From: an uncultured virus (IMG/VR IMGVR_UViG_3300028195_000003)
Lineage: Duplodnaviria; Heunggongvirae; Uroviricota; Caudoviricetes
DNA: 64,000 bases
IMG/VR virus record: IMGVR_UViG_3300028195_000003
Direction: 5' to 3' (one strand)
Made by a program: the position numbers and the translations under genes. Below the pieces are notes generated by a model that saw nothing but the letters and a program-made list of their open reading frames with translations, had not been told where the DNA came from and made no database searches. Every line of letters begins with the position of its first letter. Positions within the stretch are counted from its first letter, which is position 1. Below, piece after piece: positions 10,537-21,133 of this stretch.

Positions 10537-11724
10537 ATGACCACCAACAAGAGCGCGCTCGAGGCCATCATGCGACACCGCTACGCTGCCCTGGCGGACA
10601 ACGTGGCCGACGACGTCGGGCTGGATTTCGAGGAAGTCATGGACTCCATCGCAGAGCGGGCTGCAGAGGACGAGCTCTACGGGAGGGGCATACACCTCTC
10701 ACCGATCACGCTGTTGCTGTTCGCCAACGAGATCGAAGAGATCCGTCGCACAAAGGACCTGAAGCGCGCCGTTCACCTCGCCATGGACATCGCTGGCGCG
10801 ATCCCCGGGTATGGCGAGCCAATCGACATAGCCAATGCCATCCTGTACCTGGCCTGGGACAAGCCACCGAAGGTCTTCTACGCCTTCCTCAGTCTGCTGT
10901 GCGCTGTCCCCGTCCTCGGATGGTTCGCTCTCGGTGGAAAGGTTCCGACACGCCTGGTCGCCGCCAACTCCAGGCTGATCTCGTCAATGATCGACGAGAT
11001 CGGAACCATTGGCGGACTCGAGAAGCACGTCCCCCAACTCCGACAACTGCTCGAGTCGGTCATCAGCGGATCCAGGACCTCCGATGGAGCCATCGACGTC
11101 CCGATCGAGTTCATGTCGAGGAACGCGGATTCGGCAGCCAAGACGGCCGCTGGTCTGGCCAAGACCGTCAACACGACCAAGGCGGCACGAACCATCATCG
11201 ACGAGCTCGGCTCAATGACCACCATGATGAAGAAGAAGGCCGGAAACGTGGGTGATGTGGTGCTGTTCAGGGGAACCAGGGAACCGATGGAGATCGTCGG
11301 GAAGCTCACGACAGAAGAGACAGCGCGCATGGAGCATCTGGGCAGGATCATGGCCGGACACACCAAAGCGGGGAGCATTACCCCGGATCCGGTCATGAGA
11401 GAGTTTCATAAGCTCTGGACAAAGGAGCGAGCCTCTGGGGCACAGTTCTTCACCGATGTCTACGAACAGGCTCGTCACTATGCAGCCAGCATGGGAGGAG
11501 GTAAGGGCGGCTACGTCACCGCGATCCGGATCCCACAGAGGCTGGCAGAAGATCTCAAAAGCTGGTCTGCAATCCAGATGCCAGGACCACACGGGTTCGC
11601 TGGTTCGTATGCCCTGACTGGAGAACTGCTGAGCATGCTTCCAGAGAGGATCCTCAAGAACAGCCGTGTCCCGGGGATGATCTACGACGGAGCCGCCACG
11701 GCGGCGATTCCGGTGATCCTGTAG
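10537..11724 (+). CDS. paralog of 6482..7657 (pre-toxin-TG-like plus putative ART-like)
   Basis: Colinear similarity over the whole length (AAEDELYGRGIH.SP, VLFRGT, QFFTDVYEQA, MPGPHG, RVPG..YDGAA). Confidence 0.6.
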   Translation: MTTNKSALEAIMRHRYAALADNVADDVGLDFEEVMDSIAERAAEDELYGRGIHLSPITLLLFANEIEEIRRTKDLKRAVHLAMDIAGAIPGYGEPIDIANAILYLAWDKPPKVFYAFLSLLCAVPVLGWFALGGKVPTRLVAANSRLISSMIDEIGTIGGLEKHVPQLRQLLESVISGSRTSDGAIDVPIEFMSRNADSAAKTAAGLAKTVNTTKAARTIIDELGSMTTMMKKKAGNVGDVVLFRGTREPMEIVGKLTTEETARMEHLGRIMAGHTKAGSITPDPVMREFHKLWTKERASGAQFFTDVYEQARHYAASMGGGKGGYVTAIRIPQRLAEDLKSWSAIQMPGPHGFAGSYALTGELLSMLPERILKNSRVPGMIYDGAATAAIPVIL

Positions 11725-12156
11725 CCACTCCGGAACGCACCAGCGCTTACCCATGCAGCAGCCGAGAGCAGACCACCGGCACCATCACCATCGCCAAGAA
11801 CACCAGCCGGTAGGCAACATCGATCAAGGCTTCGACCAGCCAGCTTGGCAGGTGAAGGTCAGCGACAGCCATGGCAGCTGGAGCACTGCCGGCACACGGT
11901 GCGCCAGCCGGCCTTGATGGCGAACATCACGAAGTCGATCCCGACGACTCTCTGAAACAGGGGTTTGCTGTACGTCTTCATGGCGGTCTGTCCTGTTGTG
12001 GTGACAGACAGGTCGTAACGGAGCCCGGGCCGGATCCTCATCTTTTACGAGACGGTGCGCCATACCGCTGTTTCAATGCCGAACATGAGAGGGAAAAATC
12101 TCATCTTCCTGTCCATGGACGATGCGCCTTGCTCGCAATCCGACCGAGCCCCTGGG

Positions 12157-12624
12157 CTACCAGGGGATGGATCCGTCGTCGACTTCCGCCTCATCCATCG
12201 GTGTCCCCCGGAAGTGGACCGGGTGAATGCCCGGAGCCGTAGGATCATCGGGGATGTGGATGATCGGGATCTCACCGCCACGGAAGAAATCCAGCACCTC
12301 GAACATGAATGCCTCCGCCTCCCGGGCGCGCCCCTGCGGGGTTCCGTCGCCTTGGATGAAGGTCAGCATCGCTTCGAGGTCCAAGAAGACGAAGTGGTCG
12401 TTGACCTCACCGCGGTGGTCGATGTAGTGCCACCGGCGCGTTCCTTTGGCGGGATCGAAGAAGTGATACGTATCGAACTCCCACGCCCCGCGGGTACCGT
12501 CGGCGACGACGGTTCCCGTCGGGGATATCGGGAAGAGATCGTGAGCCTCGTCCGGGCTCGGGCAGCGAGACGAGTGGCAGAACCAAAACCTCTCGGTGTG
12601 GCGGACAACAGGTACCAGTCTCAT
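12157..12624 (-). CDS. hypothetical protein
   Basis: GGAGG RBS; ATGA overlap with the upstream gene. Confidence 0.6.
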   Translation of the reverse strand: MRLVPVVRHTERFWFCHSSRCPSPDEAHDLFPISPTGTVVADGTRGAWEFDTYHFFDPAKGTRRWHYIDHRGEVNDHFVFLDLEAMLTFIQGDGTPQGRAREAEAFMFEVLDFFRGGEIPIIHIPDDPTAPGIHPVHFRGTPMDEAEVDDGSIPW

Positions 12625-12872
12625 GTCTCCTCCGTCTTGGCAGGAGCCGTGCAGGTTCCCTGTGCGATGAGTGCTGTGGCCATGCGGCCGAACCAGCCCT
12701 GCAGGCTCCAGCAGGTGCCGGAGTCGATCAGGCGTTGCCAGGCCGCGACGAGAGCGGCCCTCTGCTCTTCTTCGGTCTCGCCAGGGGGCTCCATGGCGCC
12801 CTCGCAGATCATGACGTCGCCGAAGGCCTGCTGCTTGGCATCGACCTCGTCCTTGGTGTAAGCGTCGCTCAT
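12621..12872 (-). CDS. small conserved phage-type protein
   Basis: AWQRLIDSG.CWSLQGWFGR.A..LI..G motif, recalled from phage proteins; AAGGAG RBS. Confidence 0.7.
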   Translation of the reverse strand: MSDAYTKDEVDAKQQAFGDVMICEGAMEPPGETEEEQRAALVAAWQRLIDSGTCWSLQGWFGRMATALIAQGTCTAPAKTEET

Positions 12873-13435
12873 GGCTCCTTCATGGTCTGGGGCCCAGATC
12901 TCGAGCTGGACCTCTCGAGCTCATCGAGCTCCGCTTCGAGATCCGTGATCGCCCTACTACGATCCGCTATGGCCTCCTCACACTCGGTGATCTTGTTCTC
13001 GTAGTGGACCTTGTCCGCCATGACCCGACGATAGGTCTCGCCACCAGCCTCGAACTTGTCCAGGTACCTCTCTGCGGTCTCCAGAGAGGTTCGAAACATC
13101 GACATCGGACCCATGCTGGATCGCTGAAGATCCCTCAGGTCGGACCGCAACTTTACGAGCTTCTGTCTCGTGACGCGCCGTCGCTCCTCCCACCGCTCAC
13201 GTTCGATCGCGACATCGAGTTCGGAGAGTAGCTCATCGAGACGAGACACGGATGGGCTGGAGCTTCCAACGATACGCCCCAGACCGAAGGCCGTCGCGAT
13301 CAGTGAACGGGTCGTCTTGTCGTTCGACAGCTCGTACAACCCCTCCATCGTCCGGCGATCACGATCTGTCGGGTTGTCGCTCGATGCGAGCTTGGCGAGA
13401 TCCAGAACAATCAGCCATCGCTTTCTGGCGATCAT
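12869..13435 (-). CDS. coiled-coil hypothetical protein
   Basis: ORF in a translationally coupled series. Confidence 0.6.
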   Translation of the reverse strand: MIARKRWLIVLDLAKLASSDNPTDRDRRTMEGLYELSNDKTTRSLIATAFGLGRIVGSSSPSVSRLDELLSELDVAIERERWEERRRVTRQKLVKLRSDLRDLQRSSMGPMSMFRTSLETAERYLDKFEAGGETYRRVMADKVHYENKITECEEAIADRSRAITDLEAELDELERSSSRSGPQTMKEP

Positions 13436-13953
13436 GACTCGCTACCCTCTCTCGGTTCCTTGCCACACGCACGGCGCAGGCCGGCGACGGACGCGTTGGC
13501 CCGCTCCATGTACTCACGTTGCTGGCGGGTAGCCTCGGAGATCATGCCGATCGTCTTGGCCGCCTCGGCGTGAAGAGAGGGGTCAGCATCGGAGATAATC
13601 CCCGACACTATCTCGTTGGTCTCGATGTTCGATGCGAACAAGACGTTGAGCATGGCCACAGCGCTCTCGAACGAATCGAGCAGGGCGTCTACGAGGAGCT
13701 GATGCTTGGCCTTGCTCCCGACGACACAGTCGGAGAACGCCTCGAGCTGTTGGGGCTCCATCCCCGATCCCTGCTTGGAGGCCTCGATGTGATTCGCGGC
13801 GGCATCCAGCACGTACCAGTCCTGGCCGCTGGCCTCGCCAGCGATGGCGCGACGGATGGACCTGGCGAGCTCGACAGCGTGATCGCCACGCATGAAGACC
13901 CCGGCCCAGTCGTCTCCGAATCTCATGGGGCCGGTCTGGGGGCGATCACTCAT
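13432..13953 (-). CDS. hypothetical protein
   Basis: Start MSDRPQTG after AGGAG; TTGCCA-17-TATGTA promoter upstream. Confidence 0.6.
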   Translation of the reverse strand: MSDRPQTGPMRFGDDWAGVFMRGDHAVELARSIRRAIAGEASGQDWYVLDAAANHIEASKQGSGMEPQQLEAFSDCVVGSKAKHQLLVDALLDSFESAVAMLNVLFASNIETNEIVSGIISDADPSLHAEAAKTIGMISEATRQQREYMERANASVAGLRRACGKEPREGSES

Positions 13954-14035
13954 GATGGGGCTCCTGTTCACTTTCCAGTTACATAACACCTGCCACTGCT
14001 GGTGGCAAGTCGTGACTACGGGCCTCGCTGTGAGA

Positions 14036-16534
14036 TCACCTCCGCAAGAAGCCGTACGTGTAGACCCCACGACGAAGCCTCTCCGCCAGAGCCCTATGCG
14101 CGAGGACCAACCTCTTCCACTCCTCGGGGTACAGATCGCGCCACAGGTGCTTGAGCTGGTAGACCCCAGCGTCCCACGCCATCAGGTTCAGCTCCGGTCT
14201 TCCAGCGGCGTAGCTCTCTCTGGAAGATAGCGACTTGCTCCACAGTGAGCTGATCATCGTGAGGACGTCCTGCGCGTCCGGAGAGAGGGACATGTTGGGC
14301 AGGGCGTAGGCGAGGTACGGATCTCCGTCGACCTCCCAGACACTGGTCGCCGCTCCCGTGTGCTTCCTCGGCTCGGAGCGGCAGTCACGCCACAAGCCGG
14401 GCGTCGTCGAGGTGTCGAGCTGGCATAGGGCTTCCGATCGGGAGAGCCAGAACCAGTGATTCTTGATGCGCCAGCTCTTGCCCTTGTACTGGACGTCCCT
14501 CATGGATGTGCAGTTGTTCGACGTGTGGAGGAGGGAATAGACATGGCAGTCGTCGACCCATCGCTCGTAGCCCGGGAGGCTGTCATCGGGCACGAGGTAC
14601 TCGTCCTTGTCGTCGACCCAGCTCCCCTTGACCAGCTTGCGAGCTCCATACAGGGCGACGGCTCGTCTCCAGTTCTTGGGAACGACGGCGACCCCAGCGT
14701 TCATCGAGGTCATCGACGACACCAGGCAGACCACGGATCCGGACTGCTGCATCACGTTGGAGTGGCAGTTGAAGCAGAACAGAGACCCGACCCTGGATAG
14801 CTTGTGGCCGTCCTTGAGTTTCAGCCCGCTACTGAGCTGGGGGACATCGATCCTCTCGATCTCCGTGATGCCCTCACGGACCCACTTGGAGGCCTCCTGC
14901 CCGCTGGACACGTACATCGTCTTCGTTCCGGTCTCGACAACGGAGAAGTCGACGACGTCGACCAGGCGAAGCGAGAGGTCCGATCCGCTGTCGGTCGTCC
15001 CGCCACCGTTCCAGACGGTGAACGAGATCCCCCATGCCCCGCTCACGTCCGAGAAGTGGCTCGCCCGGAACATGAACCCGCCCTCGTAGCTGTGCTGGTC
15101 GTACCACCAGCCCCTGAACCTCCGGTAGGATCCAGAGCACATGAAGGTGGGCTTGGAGAAGGTCGCGACCGTGAAGTCATCGAAGCCGTACCTCCTCGAC
15201 AGCTCGGTGCACTGCCACATGAACTGCGCATAGAGCTGCCGTGACGCGAGCCCCATCTTGGCGTCGATCATGTCCTTGTTGACCGAGGTGTTGGCTATCC
15301 CCGCCCGAGAGGATTCCGATCGTATGCTGTGCTCGGCGTAGGGCGGGTTCATCATCCACACCAGCCGCTTGCCACAGCGCGCCGCTTCCCTCAGGGCAGC
15401 GTCCACGTCCGGGGGGATGGTGTTGACCTCGCCTCCCGGCTCGAAGAACGGAGACTCCGCCCCCGGGTTGAGGAAGTCATGATGGAAGACGTGATCTCCT
15501 CCCCATCCATGCTCCTGCATCACCGCCACGTCGGACAGCTCTGCGGTCGATGAGATCAGCAGGCCCCAGTCATGGTAGTCCTTGGTCAGGTTCGCCGTAC
15601 CAGCTCCAGAGTCCCACACCACGCAGTCCTGGCGCCAGCTGGGACCCAGGACACGATCAAGCTCCCCGTGCGCCTCGGCGACCCACAGCGGCGGTGTGAA
15701 GAAGGCTCCCTGTCGGCGACGTGCGTCGTCTTCGACGAGCCTGTCCTTCATCCCGTAGAACTCCTCGATCTCCGACGGCCTGTAGCCCTGCTGGAAGTGG
15801 GAGAAGAAGGACTTGTACTGCTCGGAGCTGATCACCACGCCGTCACGGTAGCCGGGCACCACCAACACGCCCCGCCTGGTGGGGTGCATGTAGACGTCCG
15901 CGGGCTGGAACAGACAGCGCAGAAACACGTCCACCTGCTCGGTGGCCGACATGTCCACGCTCCTGAACACCTTGTCGGCCCAGTAGAGGAAGATGGCACC
16001 GATGTTGGTCGTGGTGGCCCGGACGAAGTGACGCGATCCGGAGGCCAGCGTCTCGCACTCGGAGATGACCTTGCCGAAGTCGAAGTTGTCGTCCACGCCG
16101 TAGACGTAGGGCAGGATGTTCAGACCATCGACGAGCGCCCTGACGAGCTCGGGGTTTCCTTTGGACGGCGCGACGGACCAGTCGATGGGGAGGTCCATGA
16201 AGTTCTTGACAGCCGCCGTAGACAGCACGAAGCACTCGTCCCTGTCTCCGACCAGGATGACGTTGGGGAGAGGGTCACCGGAAGACTCGAAGCGCTTCAG
16301 GTACAACAGGCACTGGCCCAGCGTTCCACAGACCTGGATGCGATCCTCGAGATCCTGATCCAGCTTCGCCTCGAGCAGCAGCCGGACGTTGCCCCAGCGA
16401 GCGTACCCGTCCGTGTTGTGCGGCGAGGTGATGATAGCCCCGGGTCGGGCTGCGTGGATCGCTTCTCGATAGGCGTTTTCAACGTCCTTCTCGACGACGG
16501 CCAGTCCGAGAGCTCGCTTCGTTTTCGTGCCCAT
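14036..16534 (-). CDS. type IIG-like fused endonuclease / N6-adenine DNA methyltransferase
   Basis: N-terminal D..LLEAK, GAFFTP, WDSGAGTANL (SAM-binding) and MNPPY (catalytic). Start MGTKT after GGAGG. Confidence 0.8.
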   Translation of the reverse strand: MGTKTKRALGLAVVEKDVENAYREAIHAARPGAIITSPHNTDGYARWGNVRLLLEAKLDQDLEDRIQVCGTLGQCLLYLKRFESSGDPLPNVILVGDRDECFVLSTAAVKNFMDLPIDWSVAPSKGNPELVRALVDGLNILPYVYGVDDNFDFGKVISECETLASGSRHFVRATTTNIGAIFLYWADKVFRSVDMSATEQVDVFLRCLFQPADVYMHPTRRGVLVVPGYRDGVVISSEQYKSFFSHFQQGYRPSEIEEFYGMKDRLVEDDARRRQGAFFTPPLWVAEAHGELDRVLGPSWRQDCVVWDSGAGTANLTKDYHDWGLLISSTAELSDVAVMQEHGWGGDHVFHHDFLNPGAESPFFEPGGEVNTIPPDVDAALREAARCGKRLVWMMNPPYAEHSIRSESSRAGIANTSVNKDMIDAKMGLASRQLYAQFMWQCTELSRRYGFDDFTVATFSKPTFMCSGSYRRFRGWWYDQHSYEGGFMFRASHFSDVSGAWGISFTVWNGGGTTDSGSDLSLRLVDVVDFSVVETGTKTMYVSSGQEASKWVREGITEIERIDVPQLSSGLKLKDGHKLSRVGSLFCFNCHSNVMQQSGSVVCLVSSMTSMNAGVAVVPKNWRRAVALYGARKLVKGSWVDDKDEYLVPDDSLPGYERWVDDCHVYSLLHTSNNCTSMRDVQYKGKSWRIKNHWFWLSRSEALCQLDTSTTPGLWRDCRSEPRKHTGAATSVWEVDGDPYLAYALPNMSLSPDAQDVLTMISSLWSKSLSSRESYAAGRPELNLMAWDAGVYQLKHLWRDLYPEEWKRLVLAHRALAERLRRGVYTYGFLRR

Positions 16535-16610
16535 GACGGCCTCCGGGTTTCGTTGCTTTGTAAGGTAACGCTTGCTACTGATAGTGGCAAGCCATGACCC
16601 CACAACGACA

Positions 16611-17020
16611 AGCCCCGCGCCCATGGGACGCGGAGCAGACGGTAAGCGGTGAGCGGTGAGCGGTGAGCGGTAAACGGCTTCCGGCTACTCGCCGTTCTGT
16701 GCCTCGACGCAGAGCCGCTCAGTCTTGTCCGCGGCCATGTAGTAGCAGCCGTTGTCGGTGATGGTGGACGGCAGATAGGGCGCGCAGAGACGGGAGCACT
16801 CCTCGGATCGTACGGCCCGTTTCTCGCTGTACTCCGTGAGCACGGCGCTGACCTTGTTCAGCCTGCGCTGCATGTCGAAACCGATCAGGGCCACGACGAC
16901 AACGGCCAGGACGATGTAGATGACGGTCTTCTTCTTCATGGCTATCTCCAGCGAGTGAGCCCCGCGCCCCATGGGACGCGGAGCAGGCGGTGAGCGGTAA
17001 GCGGTAAGCGGTGAGCGGCT
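16611..17020. repeat. duplicated ~65-bp element (hairpin plus GCGGT(G/A)A heptamer array) at 16611-16679 and 16958-17020
   Basis: agccccgcgccc(c)atgggacgcggagcag followed by 4-5 heptamers in both copies. Confidence 0.85.
16685..16939 (-). CDS. small membrane-anchored protein
   Basis: MKKKTVIYIVLAVVVVALIG TM/signal segment; GGAG RBS. Confidence 0.65.
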   Translation of the reverse strand: MKKKTVIYIVLAVVVVALIGFDMQRRLNKVSAVLTEYSEKRAVRSEECSRLCAPYLPSTITDNGCYYMAADKTERLCVEAQNGE

Positions 17021-18047
17021 ACGAAGAAGCCGTCAGGCTCTCGAGCAGGCCGGAGAGGCCCTCGACGTCGAGCTCGGTCTTGGTGCCGATGACCCACTCG
17101 AGCATGGCGATGGCCTGGGGGTGGAGCTCCAGCTCCTCACCGGCCTCCATGACCTCCGAGATCTTCTCCGCCACGTCCCGGAGCAGCTTCACGGGGCGCT
17201 TCTTGGGGGGCTTGGTCTTGGGAGCGTCGCCACCCTTCTGCACCTGCTTCTTGGCAGCCTTGATCTCGGCCGCGGTGGGGCCCTTGGGCGCCTCGGGCTG
17301 CTGGGGGGTGGTCTCGCCCGGCTCGGAGCCCTCGGAGCTGCCCTGGGGGCCGCTGGAGCCCTCATCACCGCCCTCGGTGGCCTGGACGACCGGCTGCTGG
17401 ATCTCGCAACCCTTCATGGCCATGTGGAAGGCCTCGAGCTGCTGCTCGCGGGGCAGGGTGGACAGCTCCATGGCGGCGTAGGGGGCGATACCACCGTCTC
17501 GGATGGCCTGGAGGATCTCCTCGTCCAGCTCGAGCACGCGGAACCAGCGGCGCACGGCGGCGGTCTGCACGTTGAAGGCCTCGGCGACCTCCTTCATGTT
17601 CGCGCCCAGCGTACGCATCTTGAGAGCCTTGGTGGCGCGCTCGAGGAAGGCGTCGGCCTGACGGTGCTCGTTCTCGCTCACCAGCGCACCGACCATGTCG
17701 AGCGCGTCGCCCTGGCGGCGCTGGGCCGGGACCAGGACCATGTTCTTGGAGTCGGCGAGGATGGTGGCGTTGGCGATCCGGGCGGCACGGACGCGGCGAC
17801 GACCGGCGACGACCTGGGCCTTGTTGCCGTCCTTGCGGACCACGATGGGCTGCAGCACGCCGCGGGTGGCGATGTTGCGCGCCAGGGCCTGCAGCGCATC
17901 GCTGTCCTCGGGCTCGTTGATGCGGGCGTCCCAGAGCTCGTGCTCCGGACCATCGTCGGTGTCGAGGCCGATGATGACCAGCTCGTTGGGGCTGAACTTG
18001 AAGATGGTACCGCGGGAGGCGTTGAACGAGGTCTTGTTGGGGGACAT
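17019..18047 (-). CDS. ParB/RepB/Spo0J family protein
   Basis: LARNIATRGVLQPIVVR..VVAGRRRVRAA..SENEHR plus an HTH-like segment. Start MSPNK after AGGAG. Confidence 0.85.
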   Translation of the reverse strand: MSPNKTSFNASRGTIFKFSPNELVIIGLDTDDGPEHELWDARINEPEDSDALQALARNIATRGVLQPIVVRKDGNKAQVVAGRRRVRAARIANATILADSKNMVLVPAQRRQGDALDMVGALVSENEHRQADAFLERATKALKMRTLGANMKEVAEAFNVQTAAVRRWFRVLELDEEILQAIRDGGIAPYAAMELSTLPREQQLEAFHMAMKGCEIQQPVVQATEGGDEGSSGPQGSSEGSEPGETTPQQPEAPKGPTAAEIKAAKKQVQKGGDAPKTKPPKKRPVKLLRDVAEKISEVMEAGEELELHPQAIAMLEWVIGTKTELDVEGLSGLLESLTASS

Positions 18048-18221
18048 GATGAGCTCCTGTCGCTGGAGGGGGGATTCGTCGTTGCTGACGAGAAAACATA
18101 TACCCGCCGCTACCGTCAGTGGCAAGCTCACCACGTTTTTTTTCAGGGACACCGATCGTGCGGATCACCGATCTTCATGTCTCCGCGCGGATTATCGACC
18201 GAGAACTTTTTTTCGCCGAGA

Positions 18222-18569
18222 TCAGTCCTGGCGCTGCTTCGCTATGGCCACGGCCTCGTCGATCGCCGGCGCCAGCTCGGGGAAGGCCTCCTTGACCTCG
18301 TCGACGGTGGCCCCCATCTCGGCTGCGCCCTTGAGCACGTACGCCGTCAAGGCCTGGGCCTTGTGATCCGGACTGGCCGCGGATCGGGCGTCGCCAGCAT
18401 CGTAGGGCATGGACATGGGCGCCCGAATGCGCTCGGTCGACGGATCTGTCACCGGGATTGTCACACCGACACGATCCGCGGGATCACCCTCTCGCTCGAG
18501 ATCGTCATCATCATCTCCGACCTCTGCCAACAGACGGTCCAGCTCTCTGTCGATCATCTTCTTGTCCAT
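18222..18569 (-). CDS. hypothetical protein
   Basis: Start MDKKMID after GGAGG. Confidence 0.55.
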   Translation of the reverse strand: MDKKMIDRELDRLLAEVGDDDDDLEREGDPADRVGVTIPVTDPSTERIRAPMSMPYDAGDARSAASPDHKAQALTAYVLKGAAEMGATVDEVKEAFPELAPAIDEAVAIAKQRQD

Positions 18570-18663
18570 GATGCCTCCACCACTCGACATAGTCACCGAT
18601 CCAGCCAAGGTCGAGCCCTGGTGCGCTGGTAGCGGGCGTGCTACTGGTGGTAGAGAGGTGCTT

Positions 18664-19245
18664 ATGAGCAAAGAACCCATCCCTCCCGAGTGCATCGGGC
18701 TGCCCGATGAAGAGACCATGAGCTGCAGTGATGGGCTGGTGGAGAACCACCACTACATGGACATGAGGCGCATGAACGAGGACGACCTCGCCGCCGTGCG
18801 CAGGGACGAACAGGCCGTCCTGGCATGGTCCGAAGAGACCGGGCTACCGCCCATCAGCGACGAGGCCTACGACCACTTCGTCCTGCTCCCAGAGGGCAAC
18901 CTGCTGTTCGACTGGATCATGGTCGACGCCGGCGTGGCCAGCACCGTGGTGGACTTGTCCGTCATCGGCTGCTGCCCGGTGACCAGCTGCTCGGGAGGTG
19001 ACGATCACTACGAGAGCCATCCGCTGGTTGTGTTCTGGGCCGAGTCGGAGCAGCTCGAGCTGGTCAAGAGCGCCGTGAAGGCCCCCGTCGAGCTCTGTGG
19101 CGCCAGCTCGCCAGGCCTGATGGTCTACACCACCACCGGCACCGTCCAAGACATGGCGGCCTTCTCGGTGCGCCTGGAGGCCGCCTGGCGCGAGGCCGGC
19201 GCCCCTGTCACCGAGTGGCCGCCACCGGGATCTGCAGAGGAGTAG
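18664..19245 (+). CDS. hypothetical protein
   Basis: Start MSKEPIP after GAGG. Confidence 0.55.
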   Translation: MSKEPIPPECIGLPDEETMSCSDGLVENHHYMDMRRMNEDDLAAVRRDEQAVLAWSEETGLPPISDEAYDHFVLLPEGNLLFDWIMVDAGVASTVVDLSVIGCCPVTSCSGGDDHYESHPLVVFWAESEQLELVKSAVKAPVELCGASSPGLMVYTTTGTVQDMAAFSVRLEAAWREAGAPVTEWPPPGSAEE

Positions 19246-21133
19246 GCCCCCAGGGCAGCCATCCTCTGGATTCGGCGTTCCTCACGAACGTCTTGATCTG
19301 TTGCAAGCTCATCGCCTCACCGGGGATATCCCTCGGCTCATCCGGGATGCCACCTCGTTTGTCATTGACGTTGACAGGTCCCTCGAAGATCTGATCGAAG
19401 GCCGCCTCGACGGAGCTGTACGACTCGGCTGTCGTCGTGGTTCCGCCCGCGGTCAGCTCGATGCTCGCGCTCATGTTGACGGCACCGACCCCGATGCACA
19501 TGCCGACGCTCAAGGACAAGTTCACCAGACCATCAGAGTACGTCGCGCTACCCTCGACCTCGTGGTCTTCACCGTCCCTGTCATCGCTCCATTTGGTGTT
19601 CACCGACATGACCTCGAACCGGGCAAAAGAATCGCTGGACAAGCTGTATGGGACACCCTGAAGAAGGTCACGGACCATCACCTCGAGTTTCTGCATGCCT
19701 TCCCAGATCTGATCATCGATGCTCTCCACATCGGCCTCGCTCTCATCGTACTTCTCCTGCAGGCCGTCCACGTCTTCTCGCATACTGTTCAGCTCGGTGG
19801 TGTCCGCCTCGAGCTCCCCCTTGGTGTCCTCCATGCTGTCTTCGTGGGCCTTGATCATCGCCTCGAGCTCCGAGCGCATCCTGTCGTCCAGCTCTTCTTC
19901 GAGGGTCTTGCGAATCTCGTCGATGGACTCGAGGTACTCCTCGATAGCATCCTCGTACTCCTCGATGTCGGACTCGAGCTGTGGGATCTTCTCCTCTTCG
20001 AGATCATAGAGCTCACCATGGGCACGATCACGATCCGTCCGAGCATGATCCAGTGACGAAATGAGCATCCGAACGGACTGGGCCAGATCGCCGTCCAGTT
20101 CATCATCATTGAATCCGCTCACCGTGTAGTTCACCGTATTGGATATCCCGATGGAGGCCGAAGCATCGTCGGAGTAGCGGTCCGGATCGTCGAACCCCAG
20201 CGCCCCCACTATCCACCCCAGCGCCTTGGCTGCCTGTCTCTCTGTTAGATCGCGTAGCTTGTCGTCGTTCTCCCCGTAGACATCCTCCACTGTGCCCATC
20301 GGGGGAGTCCCGTCGCCAGTAAACCAGATGGTCACACGGGGGATCCCATCGGGGTCCCGCACGGAGAAGGCGATCCCTTCCCCGTCCCTGGACCACTGCC
20401 AGTATTGGCCTCCACCAGGAGAGTTTCCGTGCTGGTCACGGTTACCGCCCAGGCAGTGCCGCATGCTCTCGCCCTCTTGGCGCAGCTGCTCCATGGTGGT
20501 CAGCATCTGCACGGTCCAGCCATCACCCCAGCGAGCGACCACCGGACCCGGCATTGCCGGCAGCTCCTTGATGGGGAGACTGGCGATGAGGTTCTTCTTC
20601 TGGACCTTGTAGACCTCGTGCAGCTCTCTGACCTGGTCCACGCTCACGCTGGTGGCGTTCAGGCCCCAGTTGGCGCTCATCCATGCCAGATCCGACAGCA
20701 TGTCGAACGCCTCGTGCACCGTCACCGATCCATCACGGATCCACGGGATCACCACAGGCAGAAAGGCCTGGCCCGGGATGCGGTACCCCGGCGGAGGGAT
20801 GGGCTCGGCCAGCCAGGGGAGGTGATGCCAGCGCTCCTTGGGGATGCCGCGCTGGCGCCCCTCGGCCTCGGGCCAGTACCAGTCGAGCTCCGGATCCCCG
20901 ACGTCCTGGCTCCACTTGCTGGAGTACAGCTCCTCGCACAGGGCCCTGTTCAGCTCCGGGTCCATGAAGGTCTTGGCGATCCAGATCAGCCTGGCTCCCA
21001 GGTCCCCCTGCCAACGAGCCCGCTTGGCCCCGATGCGGTGCCCGACCCGGCCGGATAGCTCACGCAGCTGGCGCCCGTCCCGGTCCGCAGGATCGTAGAT
21101 GAACGGCAGGGAGATGAGCAGGGTGAGGGACAT
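19208..21133 (-). CDS. PcfJ-like domain protein with acidic coiled coil (paralog 3)
   Basis: QLRQEGESMRHCLGG..AFSVRDPDG.P.VT; TGATG coupling to the upstream gene. Confidence 0.7.
   Translation of the reverse strand: MSLTLLISLPFIYDPADRDGRQLRELSGRVGHRIGAKRARWQGDLGARLIWIAKTFMDPELNRALCEELYSSKWSQDVGDPELDWYWPEAEGRQRGIPKERWHHLPWLAEPIPPPGYRIPGQAFLPVVIPWIRDGSVTVHEAFDMLSDLAWMSANWGLNATSVSVDQVRELHEVYKVQKKNLIASLPIKELPAMPGPVVARWGDGWTVQMLTTMEQLRQEGESMRHCLGGNRDQHGNSPGGGQYWQWSRDGEGIAFSVRDPDGIPRVTIWFTGDGTPPMGTVEDVYGENDDKLRDLTERQAAKALGWIVGALGFDDPDRYSDDASASIGISNTVNYTVSGFNDDELDGDLAQSVRMLISSLDHARTDRDRAHGELYDLEEEKIPQLESDIEEYEDAIEEYLESIDEIRKTLEEELDDRMRSELEAMIKAHEDSMEDTKGELEADTTELNSMREDVDGLQEKYDESEADVESIDDQIWEGMQKLEVMVRDLLQGVPYSLSSDSFARFEVMSVNTKWSDDRDGEDHEVEGSATYSDGLVNLSLSVGMCIGVGAVNMSASIELTAGGTTTTAESYSSVEAAFDQIFEGPVNVNDKRGGIPDEPRDIPGEAMSLQQIKTFVRNAESRGWLPWGPTPLQIPVAATR

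Noticed and set aside
16611..17020. CRISPR-like repeats
   Set aside because: Only two long copies plus heptamer runs; no repeat-spacer periodicity and no cas genes
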